Shown here in pieces: positions 16,906 through 25,334 of a stretch of 51,430 bases of DNA. The notes below the pieces were generated by a model that saw only the letters and a program-made list of their open reading frames with translations, was not told where the DNA came from and searched no databases. The stretch is from positions 1-51,430 of IMG/VR virus record IMGVR_UViG_3300046059_000057; one strand, given 5' to 3'. The number at the start of each line of letters is the position of its first letter. The stretch's first letter is position 1. Origin of the DNA: a virus (Duplodnaviria > Caudoviricetes). The translations under genes and the position numbers were made by a program.

Positions 16906-19325
16906 TGCGTTGCCCCGGTGTCAGCGATGTTCTGCGACCGGAGGGCACGCTTGAAGCCTTCCGCCGCTTTCCGTCCACCTTCACGACTATCCGCATTTAT
17001 GACCAACCGGTTGATATTCACTCCGGAGGATTTATCTAACGGTTCGACCCGCTCTGGTCCGGATTCACCGATTAACGCAACGGTTGGCTGAGTAACGACG
17101 CCACCTTCCGCAAGAGCGGGTATCCCGATTGTTTCACCGGAGAACACCTCTTCGCCTTTTACAGATACCTCTCCGATCGTGTGTTCCCACGGTAAACCGA
17201 GGGCGTTGTTAAACGCATCCTTCACCGCTTGACCGAGGCCTTCGGCGAAACCGACGATAGCACCGGTTATATCCCATTCAGTTAGTAGGTCAGTTATACG
17301 GCCAAGCGTCCGGTCAATGAAGCCCTCGATCGCTTCCCACGCTTCGCCCCAATCACCCTGTAGAACGTTCAGGAATACTCGTATCGCTGTTAGGAAAGCG
17401 TCAAGAGCCGTCTGTAGAATCGTTGAAATAACGTCGAAGACAAATGACAGGTATGTTATTATTTCGTCGCCCCATCTACTCCACGCTTCACCGATAATAC
17501 CAAGAACCGTACGAACGATATCCATCATAACGTTTAACCCGACTCTTACACGTTTAACGATCGGGTCAATGGTTTCACGTACCTCCTCCGTGATAGGTCC
17601 GGCGTGTAACCGCCATAGATCGACGATAGCCCCGAAATACTCCTGAATCTCACGGATAAGCGGCTCAATCGGGGCCAAGAAACCACTAACGGTCTCATCC
17701 GCTTTGTCACCGGCTAAACCCGGTAATCCCCACGATTCAAGTAAATCAGTAATTCTCTCGATCCGCCGGCTGAACAGGCCTACGAACATCGACCAAGCAC
17801 GTTTCCAGTCTCCCTGTATTAAGGCGAGGAATATACGGATTCTCGACAGTATAGTATCTATCGAATTAACGATGACAACGCTTATAACGTCCATAACGGC
17901 GTTAACCACCGTCATTATCTCATCGCCCCACTCGTCCCAGAAAGCCTGTATCTCCGATAAAATCGCTTGAATATCCTCCCGTAGAGGCTCGCCGTGAACT
18001 GCCCACAACTCACGAATCTTCGAGAACGTCTCCTCTGTAACATCACGGATACCCGCAAAGTTATTAGCGAATGCAGCGCCCAAGGCACCAACGGCAGCAA
18101 CCGCGGCAGCCACCGGACCGCTAACAAGCAGAGCAACCGCCGCGATAGTGCTTCCTATCGCGAGGGCTACAAGTCCCCACGCTTTTTCCTGCGACGACAG
18201 CATATTTATCACCGATTCCCCGGAGCTTAAGAAATCGTTGATACCTTCAACGAGAGACGTTAGATACGGTAGTAAGACATTCCCAATTTCAATCGCTGTG
18301 TTCTTCAGTCGGTTTTTCAGTAACTTTAGCTTGGCGTTGAACGTGTCTGTAGCAGCGTTAAACTCCTCCTGTAACGACGATGCCTCGGCGTACGATTCAT
18401 TCGACGCGTCAAGCGCCTCCTTCGTGCCTTCGAGATTCTGTCCGAGACCCGCCAAAGCCTGCCTCGAAGTCGTAGATAACGTCTGTCTCAATTCATTCGC
18501 AGCTTCGCCGTCAGCCGCCATAGCCTCCGCCATGCTAAGAAACAATTTCTGCGGTTCTTCGTCCCTCATACGTTCGAATTCTTCCGTCGACATTCCGAGT
18601 GCGTGGCTTACATCCTCGACCTTTTTCGGGTCCATAAGTTCCTGCGCCACACGGCGGAGTCTGGTCCCTGCTCTCCGGGCACTCGCTGAAACCTCGTTCA
18701 AAGCAGCGGACATACCAGCGATCTGCCGTTGATTTAGGCCGAACTGTGAAAGTGCGGCGGAGGAACGTAACATGGAGTCTGTAACCTCTTGAGCGGATGT
18801 CGCAAAGTTATTCGAGAGCGCATTTACCGCCGAACCAAGATTTTCGACCTCGTCAATCGGAGTATTCGTAAGCTCCGCCAGTTTAGCCAACGACTCACCG
18901 GCTTCATCGGTATTAAGGTTTGTAGCCGTCGCCATCTTCGCCGTAGTTTCGGTGAAGTTACGGATGTTCTCCGTTCCCTCGATGCCGAAACGCGCAGCGT
19001 CAGCGGTTAAGCCTGCGAGTTCCTCTTGAGCAATCGGTATCTCCGCTGCCATGTCACGGATTTCCGAATTCAGAGCCGCTGCAGTCGTCTCATCCGTTAC
19101 CTTCTCGACTTCCACCATCGCTTCCTCGAAATCCGACGCGGCAGACGCTGATTTAGCGAGGGCAGCAGTTGAGAATGCCGCTAAAGCGCCGGCTGCAGCG
19201 CCAACAGCGGCACGGAACGAAAACAAGCTACTTGTGGCATTACCCATCGAGTTCCGGAAACCGCCGACGCCCTCCGATTTAACCCGCACCGCCATCGTGT
19301 TCTCTGAACCGGGTGTGAACGGCAT
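16902..19325 (-). CDS. Tape measure protein
   Basis: TP901-like core (FEEAMVEVEKV, LSNNFATSAQE, AGTRLRR), Trp-periodic helical repeats, C-terminal LAEGGVVTQPTVALIGESGPE. Confidence 0.92.
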   Translation of the reverse strand: MPFTPGSENTMAVRVKSEGVGGFRNSMGNATSSLFSFRAAVGAAAGALAAFSTAALAKSASAASDFEEAMVEVEKVTDETTAAALNSEIRDMAAEIPIAQEELAGLTADAARFGIEGTENIRNFTETTAKMATATNLNTDEAGESLAKLAELTNTPIDEVENLGSAVNALSNNFATSAQEVTDSMLRSSAALSQFGLNQRQIAGMSAALNEVSASARRAGTRLRRVAQELMDPKKVEDVSHALGMSTEEFERMRDEEPQKLFLSMAEAMAADGEAANELRQTLSTTSRQALAGLGQNLEGTKEALDASNESYAEASSLQEEFNAATDTFNAKLKLLKNRLKNTAIEIGNVLLPYLTSLVEGINDFLSSGESVINMLSSQEKAWGLVALAIGSTIAAVALLVSGPVAAAVAAVGALGAAFANNFAGIRDVTEETFSKIRELWAVHGEPLREDIQAILSEIQAFWDEWGDEIMTVVNAVMDVISVVIVNSIDTILSRIRIFLALIQGDWKRAWSMFVGLFSRRIERITDLLESWGLPGLAGDKADETVSGFLAPIEPLIREIQEYFGAIVDLWRLHAGPITEEVRETIDPIVKRVRVGLNVMMDIVRTVLGIIGEAWSRWGDEIITYLSFVFDVISTILQTALDAFLTAIRVFLNVLQGDWGEAWEAIEGFIDRTLGRITDLLTEWDITGAIVGFAEGLGQAVKDAFNNALGLPWEHTIGEVSVKGEEVFSGETIGIPALAEGGVVTQPTVALIGESGPERVEPLDKSSGVNINRLVINADSREGGRKAAEGFKRALRSQNIADTGATQ

Positions 19326-19328
19326 TAG

Positions 19329-19583
19329 TTAGTTCCTCCGGTGTTCATCGAACTCTTTTAGCTTGTCGAAATCCGACGGTCTCGCTACACCGGTTGTACG
19401 GTTCTCGCCCATTTCGTCGTTTTGAGCCATCTTCCGTATCTTCTCGTGTACCCGGTGTCCCTCTACGATCCTCCGGATTTCCGGGTACGTTAATCCGGCG
19501 ATTGGATTCTGATTATACGAATAACCGGCTTCGTGAAGAACGTACTCTGCACGGGCTTCTAACTGCCAGTCTTCGAATTTCCC
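19329..19583 (-). CDS. -1 frameshift extension of the tail assembly chaperone (gpGT-like)
   Basis: Slippery G GGA AAT at 19583-19577; the -1 frame is open (KFEDWQLEARAEYVL...LTYPEIRR...) to TAA at 19331-19329, 3 nt before the TMP start. Confidence 0.8.
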   Translation of the reverse strand, partial: GKFEDWQLEARAEYVLHEAGYSYNQNPIAGLTYPEIRRIVEGHRVHEKIRKMAQNDEMGENRTTGVARPSDFDKLKEFDEHRRN

Positions 19584-20086
19584 TCAATCGCATCGGCAAG
19601 TTCCGCGTTATCAAGCACCATACCCTTCGCCATCTCGAAGCCAGAAGCGTTATATATACATAGAATCAACGGTTCAACGCCGAATGCAGTAAAGTCGTCA
19701 AGCTCCGTTTCAGCGTCGGAAACGTCGAGTTCAAAATTTGGTTCAACGAACCGCTGATTCAAGAGCTTAACGGTTTTCCGGTCGGAAATATTACTCGGAT
19801 CGCCGTCCCTCGGGAGATACTTCTCCGCCGCGCCTTGCTCTAAAGGCACGACCTTTGCATAAGCGTCAACTTCCCCCTCGCCGGTACAGCGGTCGCAGGT
19901 TACGAATTCCGGTACTTCAGATTCTTCGGAATCCGTGAGTGAATTACCCTCACCTTCGCATTCCGGACAGTCATTCCGTACACCGGGAATTCGCTCCCAA
20001 ACCGGTAGAAGATCGCCGGATTCGTCCCGTTGAACTTGAAAATCATCAGCGCTGGCAACGGCGCCAGCCGGTGGTTCATCCGACAT
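19559..20086 (-). CDS. Tail assembly chaperone (gpG-like) with CxxCxGxG insert
   Basis: Lies between tail tube and TMP; carries a slippery site; CPECEGEG...CDRCTGEG. Confidence 0.8.
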   Translation of the reverse strand: MSDEPPAGAVASADDFQVQRDESGDLLPVWERIPGVRNDCPECEGEGNSLTDSEESEVPEFVTCDRCTGEGEVDAYAKVVPLEQGAAEKYLPRDGDPSNISDRKTVKLLNQRFVEPNFELDVSDAETELDDFTAFGVEPLILCIYNASGFEMAKGMVLDNAELADAIEGNSKTGS

Positions 20087-20089
20087 TGT

Positions 20090-21370
20090 TTACGCTATTG
20101 AAAGCCCGGAGCTACCGCCGCCTTGAGGCTCGAAGGTGTTATCCAAGGTCATCTGCGTTTGTTCGGCTTCATGGGACACGCTGCCGGGTTCCACGAGTTT
20201 AGCGGTGCTAAGCGTTACGGTATCACCGGTTTGGAACGTCCACACGATGTCAGCCCCGGTGTTAGCGAGAGACCTTTTCAAGTCGGAGTAAGACTCCGTT
20301 TCCCCGTAGACAGTAGCGGTTAACTGCGTATCCCTAACGCCTTCTTCGATGACCTGCCGGAATGAATCGTCCCGCATCCGGGTGTTCAGGTTGTTATCCA
20401 CCGATAGCTCTTTCGAGTTTATTTCCAGCCAATACGACGAAGAGCCGCCGAGTGTAATTTCATCCTCCAACGTTCTGTAATACGACGAACCGATGGCTGA
20501 AGCATGGCTACCGGAGCCAAGCGCCGGGATACCGTGGGCGCCTTCGACACCGGCGTAGGTGCTTGAACCGTCGATTTCCGCGATGGTGTTACCGGAACCA
20601 GTAACCGAAACCGTAACGGTGCCTACTGTATCCGTCGGGTTACCGGAGCCATCAGTTATGTATATCGCGTCGATATCGCCAAATGACGCCGTTGTAGTAA
20701 CCGCCGTTGTGCCATTTAATGCAACGGATTCTGACGTTCCCGCGCCTTCATCTTCAATAACCACGGTTTGCGACGTGTCACTACCATCGTCGGAGACTAC
20801 GTCTAAGGTGTCCGAGGACGCGGGTTGATCGATTTGGTGCCGTCGTACGTACTCAAATTGATACGTTACTTCGACGTTTACAGGCTGTTGATCGGAAGGG
20901 TCTACGGTGACTGAAACGTCGGAAATCTTCCCGCCGATTCCAACGGTGTACAAGCGACTGCTAAGCGCTGTACCGCTAAGCGTCGAACTTGACGTCAATT
21001 GGCCTTTATCCTCCCGATCAACGACGGTTAGGGTATTTGGGAGTAACTGATCGGAATCCCGTATCATACCGTAACCCGCAGCGTCTTGAGCGTCACCGTT
21101 ACCATCGACGAACCAACGCTGCAACGCGTAAGAAACCGTTACCTCATGCTCTTCCGGTGCCTTATCGAATGCATCAACGTCAGCATCGCCGAGGCCCCGA
21201 TCGCCTTCCAGATTCGGGGATGGCGACCAATCAACGGAGTAAACCCGGTCGGAGAACCGTTCCCACGAAGGATTCTGTGGAGGTTCCGGTACCCCGTCGG
21301 AGCTAACGTTCTCCGTAACGAATTCCGTTCGGTGATTCCGTAAGCCGGATTCAGGTCTTGTCGTACTCAT
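20090..21370 (-). CDS. Major tail (tube) protein
   Basis: Synteny; 426 aa, beta-rich and acidic. Confidence 0.75.
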   Translation of the reverse strand: MSTTRPESGLRNHRTEFVTENVSSDGVPEPPQNPSWERFSDRVYSVDWSPSPNLEGDRGLGDADVDAFDKAPEEHEVTVSYALQRWFVDGNGDAQDAAGYGMIRDSDQLLPNTLTVVDREDKGQLTSSSTLSGTALSSRLYTVGIGGKISDVSVTVDPSDQQPVNVEVTYQFEYVRRHQIDQPASSDTLDVVSDDGSDTSQTVVIEDEGAGTSESVALNGTTAVTTTASFGDIDAIYITDGSGNPTDTVGTVTVSVTGSGNTIAEIDGSSTYAGVEGAHGIPALGSGSHASAIGSSYYRTLEDEITLGGSSSYWLEINSKELSVDNNLNTRMRDDSFRQVIEEGVRDTQLTATVYGETESYSDLKRSLANTGADIVWTFQTGDTVTLSTAKLVEPGSVSHEAEQTQMTLDNTFEPQGGGSSGLSIA

Positions 21371-21560
21371 AAGTTACGTCGGTTTCTTCGTCTTCTACTT
21401 CTTCTATGTGCGAATAGTGTTCGACCATCGATTCCCCTACCTCCGTTGTCACATTCGCCGTCCAGTTATCGGTGAATTCGACGGTTTCACCGTTTGTACC
21501 TTCGGGGTCCGACAGCTCGTCGGTTGGGTGCGTTTCGGGTTCGGTATTCTCTACCCACAT
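21351..21560 (-). CDS. Small acidic virion-module protein
   Basis: 69 aa, overlaps the tail-tube start. Confidence 0.65.
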   Translation of the reverse strand: MWVENTEPETHPTDELSDPEGTNGETVEFTDNWTANVTTEVGESMVEHYSHIEEVEDEETDVTYEYDKT

Positions 21561-21684
21561 ACGTTTGTCAACGAATCGGTTAACCGGCAGGTAGTAACCT
21601 TCATACCTGACGAATCATCCGGTTCAACAACGTCGATGAACCGGGGTATAACAGTCCGTCACCGTACGTTCAATGACGGGTTCT

Positions 21685-22173
21685 TTACACACGGTAGTTA
21701 AACCCTACCGTAACGAGATACCGGAAAACCACTTTCCGGCGTTCCGTTTCCTGAAATGGCTCCCTCGATAGCCACGCTACGACCTCTACCGGCGTATTAC
21801 CGGTTCTTGGATTCACCGGTTGATCGGCATTATTCCTAATTATCCGTCGTATCTCCTCCGTTACTTGATAGTTATACTGACGCGGATTACCGGTGCTTGG
21901 ACCAGACATATCAGACCGACGGCTCCACACGTTCAAATCGACTGTACCAGCGAATTCCTGACCGGGTTCACCGGATTGGTTAATCGACTGATAACCGGTA
22001 TCCCCGCCGGAAACCGTTGAATCCTCCGGTTGACCGATGGTAAGCTGCGGATTACCGCCGTCATCGTCGAACCAACCGTAATGTATATCCGGCTTGAAGT
22101 CGTATGTATTGCTTGCTACCCACGAATCTTCAAGTAAATCGTGTACGAGTGTTTCCGGCGCTTCCTCCGGCAT
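21685..22173 (-). CDS. Tail terminator-like protein
   Basis: Synteny and size. Confidence 0.55.
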   Translation of the reverse strand: MPEEAPETLVHDLLEDSWVASNTYDFKPDIHYGWFDDDGGNPQLTIGQPEDSTVSGGDTGYQSINQSGEPGQEFAGTVDLNVWSRRSDMSGPSTGNPRQYNYQVTEEIRRIIRNNADQPVNPRTGNTPVEVVAWLSREPFQETERRKVVFRYLVTVGFNYRV

Positions 22174-22174
22174 T

Positions 22175-22537
22175 CTATGTCTCCTTGACGCAGGCTAACC
22201 GAATGAGGTCGTTGTCTTGTACGTCTTTAAGCATGACTATCAGCGTTTCACCGTCAACGTCGACTTCCGTGGCGCCTTGGCCTGCACCGTCGGTTATCTC
22301 CGAGGTACTGATTGCGTCTTCCTTTATCCATACATCGACGTCGATATCCGCCTCCGTGGAATAAGCATCAGCGATTTGCTGCGGCGTTGAACCGTAATCC
22401 ACCCGTGCTTTAACGTTATACGGAGAGCCGGTGGTTTCACTCCAATCCGGTCGATCCGTACCGGAATTCGTGTAGTTTCGGATAACCACCGTTCTACCTA
22501 TCCGATCGATCGCTCTTGAAACGGCGGAACCAACCAT
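22175..22537 (-). CDS. Head closure (stopper) protein
   Basis: Synteny; beta-rich 120 aa. Confidence 0.55.
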   Translation of the reverse strand: MVGSAVSRAIDRIGRTVVIRNYTNSGTDRPDWSETTGSPYNVKARVDYGSTPQQIADAYSTEADIDVDVWIKEDAISTSEITDGAGQGATEVDVDGETLIVMLKDVQDNDLIRLACVKET

Positions 22538-22875
22538 TAGTTAATCCTCTTCGCACGGATGCTACCTTGAAGGTTACCGGTGTCAACCGGTGCTTTCTTC
22601 GTTGCCTCCGCTTCTATAGCGAGTGCAACGGCACGAATGAATCCGGAGAGAGTATCATAACTACCGGATATGTATCTTTCCGGGTCTCGAGCGACTTGCC
22701 GTGCGGCGGGCCGGAGGTACGGTTGCGCTTCTTGATGCGATGTACCGAACTCCACGTACGCCGCGTACTCAACGTTTGTACCAACGCTGTATACGATTTC
22801 CTCTGAATCGGCGAAATCCTCGGCCTCACGGAAGGATTCAACGGTGGCTGAAAAACCGATTAACTCCATGCTCAT
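22537..22875 (-). CDS. HK97 gp10-like neck/tail-completion protein
   Basis: VGTNVEYAAYVEFGT...AQPYLRPA and APVDTGNLQGSI motifs. Confidence 0.8.
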   Translation of the reverse strand: MSMELIGFSATVESFREAEDFADSEEIVYSVGTNVEYAAYVEFGTSHQEAQPYLRPAARQVARDPERYISGSYDTLSGFIRAVALAIEAEATKKAPVDTGNLQGSIRAKRIN

Positions 22876-23261
22876 TCGATGTTCCTCCCGTCAAGAACAC
22901 GAATATCCGCCGGGGGTTTACCCTCGGTTTCCTCGAAGAAACCGGTGGTATCTAATTCTACGGCGGTCCGCCAGTAATCCGTTGTTTCGTCGGCTCCCTT
23001 GTAGTCAAATTGGGCGTCTCCAACGGTTTCCTCGGAGATTCTCGGGTCCTGTGTCGACGCGTAATGCGCCGCCAAATTCTTTTCAATGAGCTTCAACCGG
23101 TTATTTGACAGCTCGTCGGAGTCATCATTAGAGTCGATATCCTCCGTTGTCTCCGCTGCCATATTAATCCAGTTATGAAGCTGAGAATCCGTTAAATCCG
23201 TTGGGAAAATCTCCTTAACCTCGGATGCCGTGTTACGAGCATTCGAGTTAAGGGACGCCAT
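22872..23261 (-). CDS. Head-tail adaptor protein
   Basis: Synteny; LAAHY...SETVGD-like...ELDTTG pattern. Confidence 0.65.
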   Translation of the reverse strand: MASLNSNARNTASEVKEIFPTDLTDSQLHNWINMAAETTEDIDSNDDSDELSNNRLKLIEKNLAAHYASTQDPRISEETVGDAQFDYKGADETTDYWRTAVELDTTGFFEETEGKPPADIRVLDGRNIE

Positions 23262-23266
23262 ACTTA

Positions 23267-23623
23267 TTACCTCTGCTCGTCAATCGCGTCGTATACACCG
23301 GCTCTATCGTCGTTGTTCTCCTCCGCTGCCTCCAAGTCGTCAAGCCCCTCGGAATCGTAACTACCGTCTTCCAACGCCTCACCGACCTCGGCCACCGTCA
23401 TACCGGTGGGGTCGAAAGGCGCCTGCTCCACCGACTCATCGGTGTTTACGTTTCTTAGTTCCCTAAACCGATCGGGGAACGCTTCAAGCTCCGATTCCGT
23501 CGGGGTAATCTCATCGCCGGTCTCAAACGTTTCCATGCCTCCCATACCGGCGGAGGCATCGTCGGTTTGGGACGACGACCGATGGTGCTTCTTACCGACT
23601 ACTTCGTGCGTATGTTCTGACAT
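23267..23623 (-). CDS. Acidic protein with a small C-terminal helical domain
   Basis: FPDRF motif; TVAEV..AL...LEAAE....RAGV.DAI. Confidence 0.7.
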   Translation of the reverse strand: MSEHTHEVVGKKHHRSSSQTDDASAGMGGMETFETGDEITPTESELEAFPDRFRELRNVNTDESVEQAPFDPTGMTVAEVGEALEDGSYDSEGLDDLEAAEENNDDRAGVYDAIDEQR

Positions 23624-23808
23624 TATCCGTTATCCTCGACGTCTTGAGACAGCGCTTCGTTCGTGTTTTTATGCCGGTAATAGTTGCTAACTTCCCGCAT
23701 ATCAACGATGTAACCAGCGCTACGTGACCGAACGTACCCGGCCAAGTAAGCGCCGAAACCGGCGAAAAGCGCAACTACGCCGATTCCGACGGAAACAGCT
23801 TCTACCAT
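23623..23808 (-). CDS. Small membrane protein
   Basis: N-terminal hydrophobic segment. Confidence 0.55.
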   Translation of the reverse strand: MVEAVSVGIGVVALFAGFGAYLAGYVRSRSAGYIVDMREVSNYYRHKNTNEALSQDVEDNG

Positions 23809-24821
23809 TATATCCCCGTTAGGTGAACGACTCCCGATTGACCGGTGGTATCTGCCTTAACCTCCGGGGCCATCGCTGCCATGACCTTGTAGTGATTCGT
23901 CATGCCGGAGCCACTTTGCCACTCAATCGTCTGTACGTCTTCTGCAACGGCGAGTTCCACGACATCTGGACTTGGATCGACCATAACCGCCTCACCATCC
24001 GGCAGGAACGATGCACGACGGGTAGCACCGATCTCCGGTCCGAACTCATTGTTAACGCGTTCCCGAACGGTTAAGTTACCGTCTCCGTCCGGGTCAACAG
24101 CGGACCGGAATTCGCGGTATTGAGTGGGTGCAACGTACATCCAGAAGCCACCGGAAGTACGTTCATCCGTATCGAGAGCATCTAAAGCGGATACGATGTC
24201 GTCACGGATATTACCCGCTGTACCCCAGTCAGAACCCGCTACGGTGTTCCGGTTAGGGTGAGTAGTATACCCGTACAAGGTAAACGTGTCACCACTTGAA
24301 TCCCGGACGCTTGGGTCCCAACCTTGGAATAAGATACGTTCCAGCATCTCCGTTACTGACACCGTAGCCTGCGCTACACCGTCGGTTCTGAGGTCATTCC
24401 CCATCCGACGGCTTGACTGCAAATCACGGTCGGAAACCCGGAAGTCCTTATGAACGATGGGAATCGGTACGCCAGAGGTCGAATACGTCGGTCTGTCTTC
24501 TTGTGACCTCGTTTCCCCATCCATTGTAACGTCGGCATCCGACATCTCGCCGCCTCGCGACCAGAGATCGACCTTAGTCGCAAGACTGAGATCGCGCGTA
24601 AGACCGGCGTTTTGAAGGTCCTCGATACCGACAGTCGTTTCCTGATAAACCGATACCATCCGGTCGGAAAGCGTCTCCCACTCCTCTTCTTCGAGCGTCG
24701 TGGCGTTGGCAGCTATTTCACGGCGTTCTTCGACGTTTGCCATGAAATAATCCATACCAACGCCAAAGGCGCCATCGACCGCTTCCTCACCGGTGTCAAC
24801 GTTTGCTCCAGTAGCGCTCAT
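23808..24821 (-). CDS. Major capsid protein (HK97 fold, linocin/encapsulin-like family)
   Basis: PIPIVHKDFRVSDRDL..SRR motif; lies after the protease and decoration genes. Confidence 0.85.
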   Translation of the reverse strand: MSATGANVDTGEEAVDGAFGVGMDYFMANVEERREIAANATTLEEEEWETLSDRMVSVYQETTVGIEDLQNAGLTRDLSLATKVDLWSRGGEMSDADVTMDGETRSQEDRPTYSTSGVPIPIVHKDFRVSDRDLQSSRRMGNDLRTDGVAQATVSVTEMLERILFQGWDPSVRDSSGDTFTLYGYTTHPNRNTVAGSDWGTAGNIRDDIVSALDALDTDERTSGGFWMYVAPTQYREFRSAVDPDGDGNLTVRERVNNEFGPEIGATRRASFLPDGEAVMVDPSPDVVELAVAEDVQTIEWQSGSGMTNHYKVMAAMAPEVKADTTGQSGVVHLTGI

Positions 24822-25334
24822 TTACACGGCCTCCACTTCTATACGAGCGGGGTCAGTCCCACCCGAGTTATCCACGGCTTCAACCGCCACACCGACGATA
24901 GCCCCGGTGTCATCAGCATCGTATGCCCGGAGTGTACCGTCCTGACCAGCGCCGGAGTACGTCACGAGCTTATCTCCAACGGAGATATTCGCATTAGCGG
25001 AAAGGTCAGTACCCGCTCCGCCAGCGTTTCCACCGTCGAACACGAAGCCGTCGAACTCATCACCGGTTTCCAGCGGTAGATACCGTAGTTCATCGCCGGC
25101 CTCATAGTCGTCGGATTTCTCCCGACCTGCCGTTGTATAGACGAGGGCGGTGTAGAACGGTCCACCGGCTGCGTCCGTGCTAACACGGGTGAAATTACGT
25201 TCCTCCGACGCCCCAGCGGTGTTCAAACCACCGAGTTCGATCATATCACCCGGCGTGATCGTACCGTTAGCTATGTCTCTCTTTACGGTTCCCGGGTCGT
25301 CGTCTGCTCGGAGAAGTACGGTGTTATCCGCCAT
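24822..25334 (-). CDS. Capsid decoration/cement protein
   Basis: ITPGDMIE...VGVAVEAVD pattern; lies between protease and MCP. Confidence 0.7.
   Translation of the reverse strand: MADNTVLLRADDDPGTVKRDIANGTITPGDMIELGGLNTAGASEERNFTRVSTDAAGGPFYTALVYTTAGREKSDDYEAGDELRYLPLETGDEFDGFVFDGGNAGGAGTDLSANANISVGDKLVTYSGAGQDGTLRAYDADDTGAIVGVAVEAVDNSGGTDPARIEVEAV

Noticed and set aside
21607-21650. Further hammerheads at CTGACGA (about 21608) and CTGATGA (about 8820, 14801)
   Set aside because: No stem II followed by GAAA with matching stems I and III
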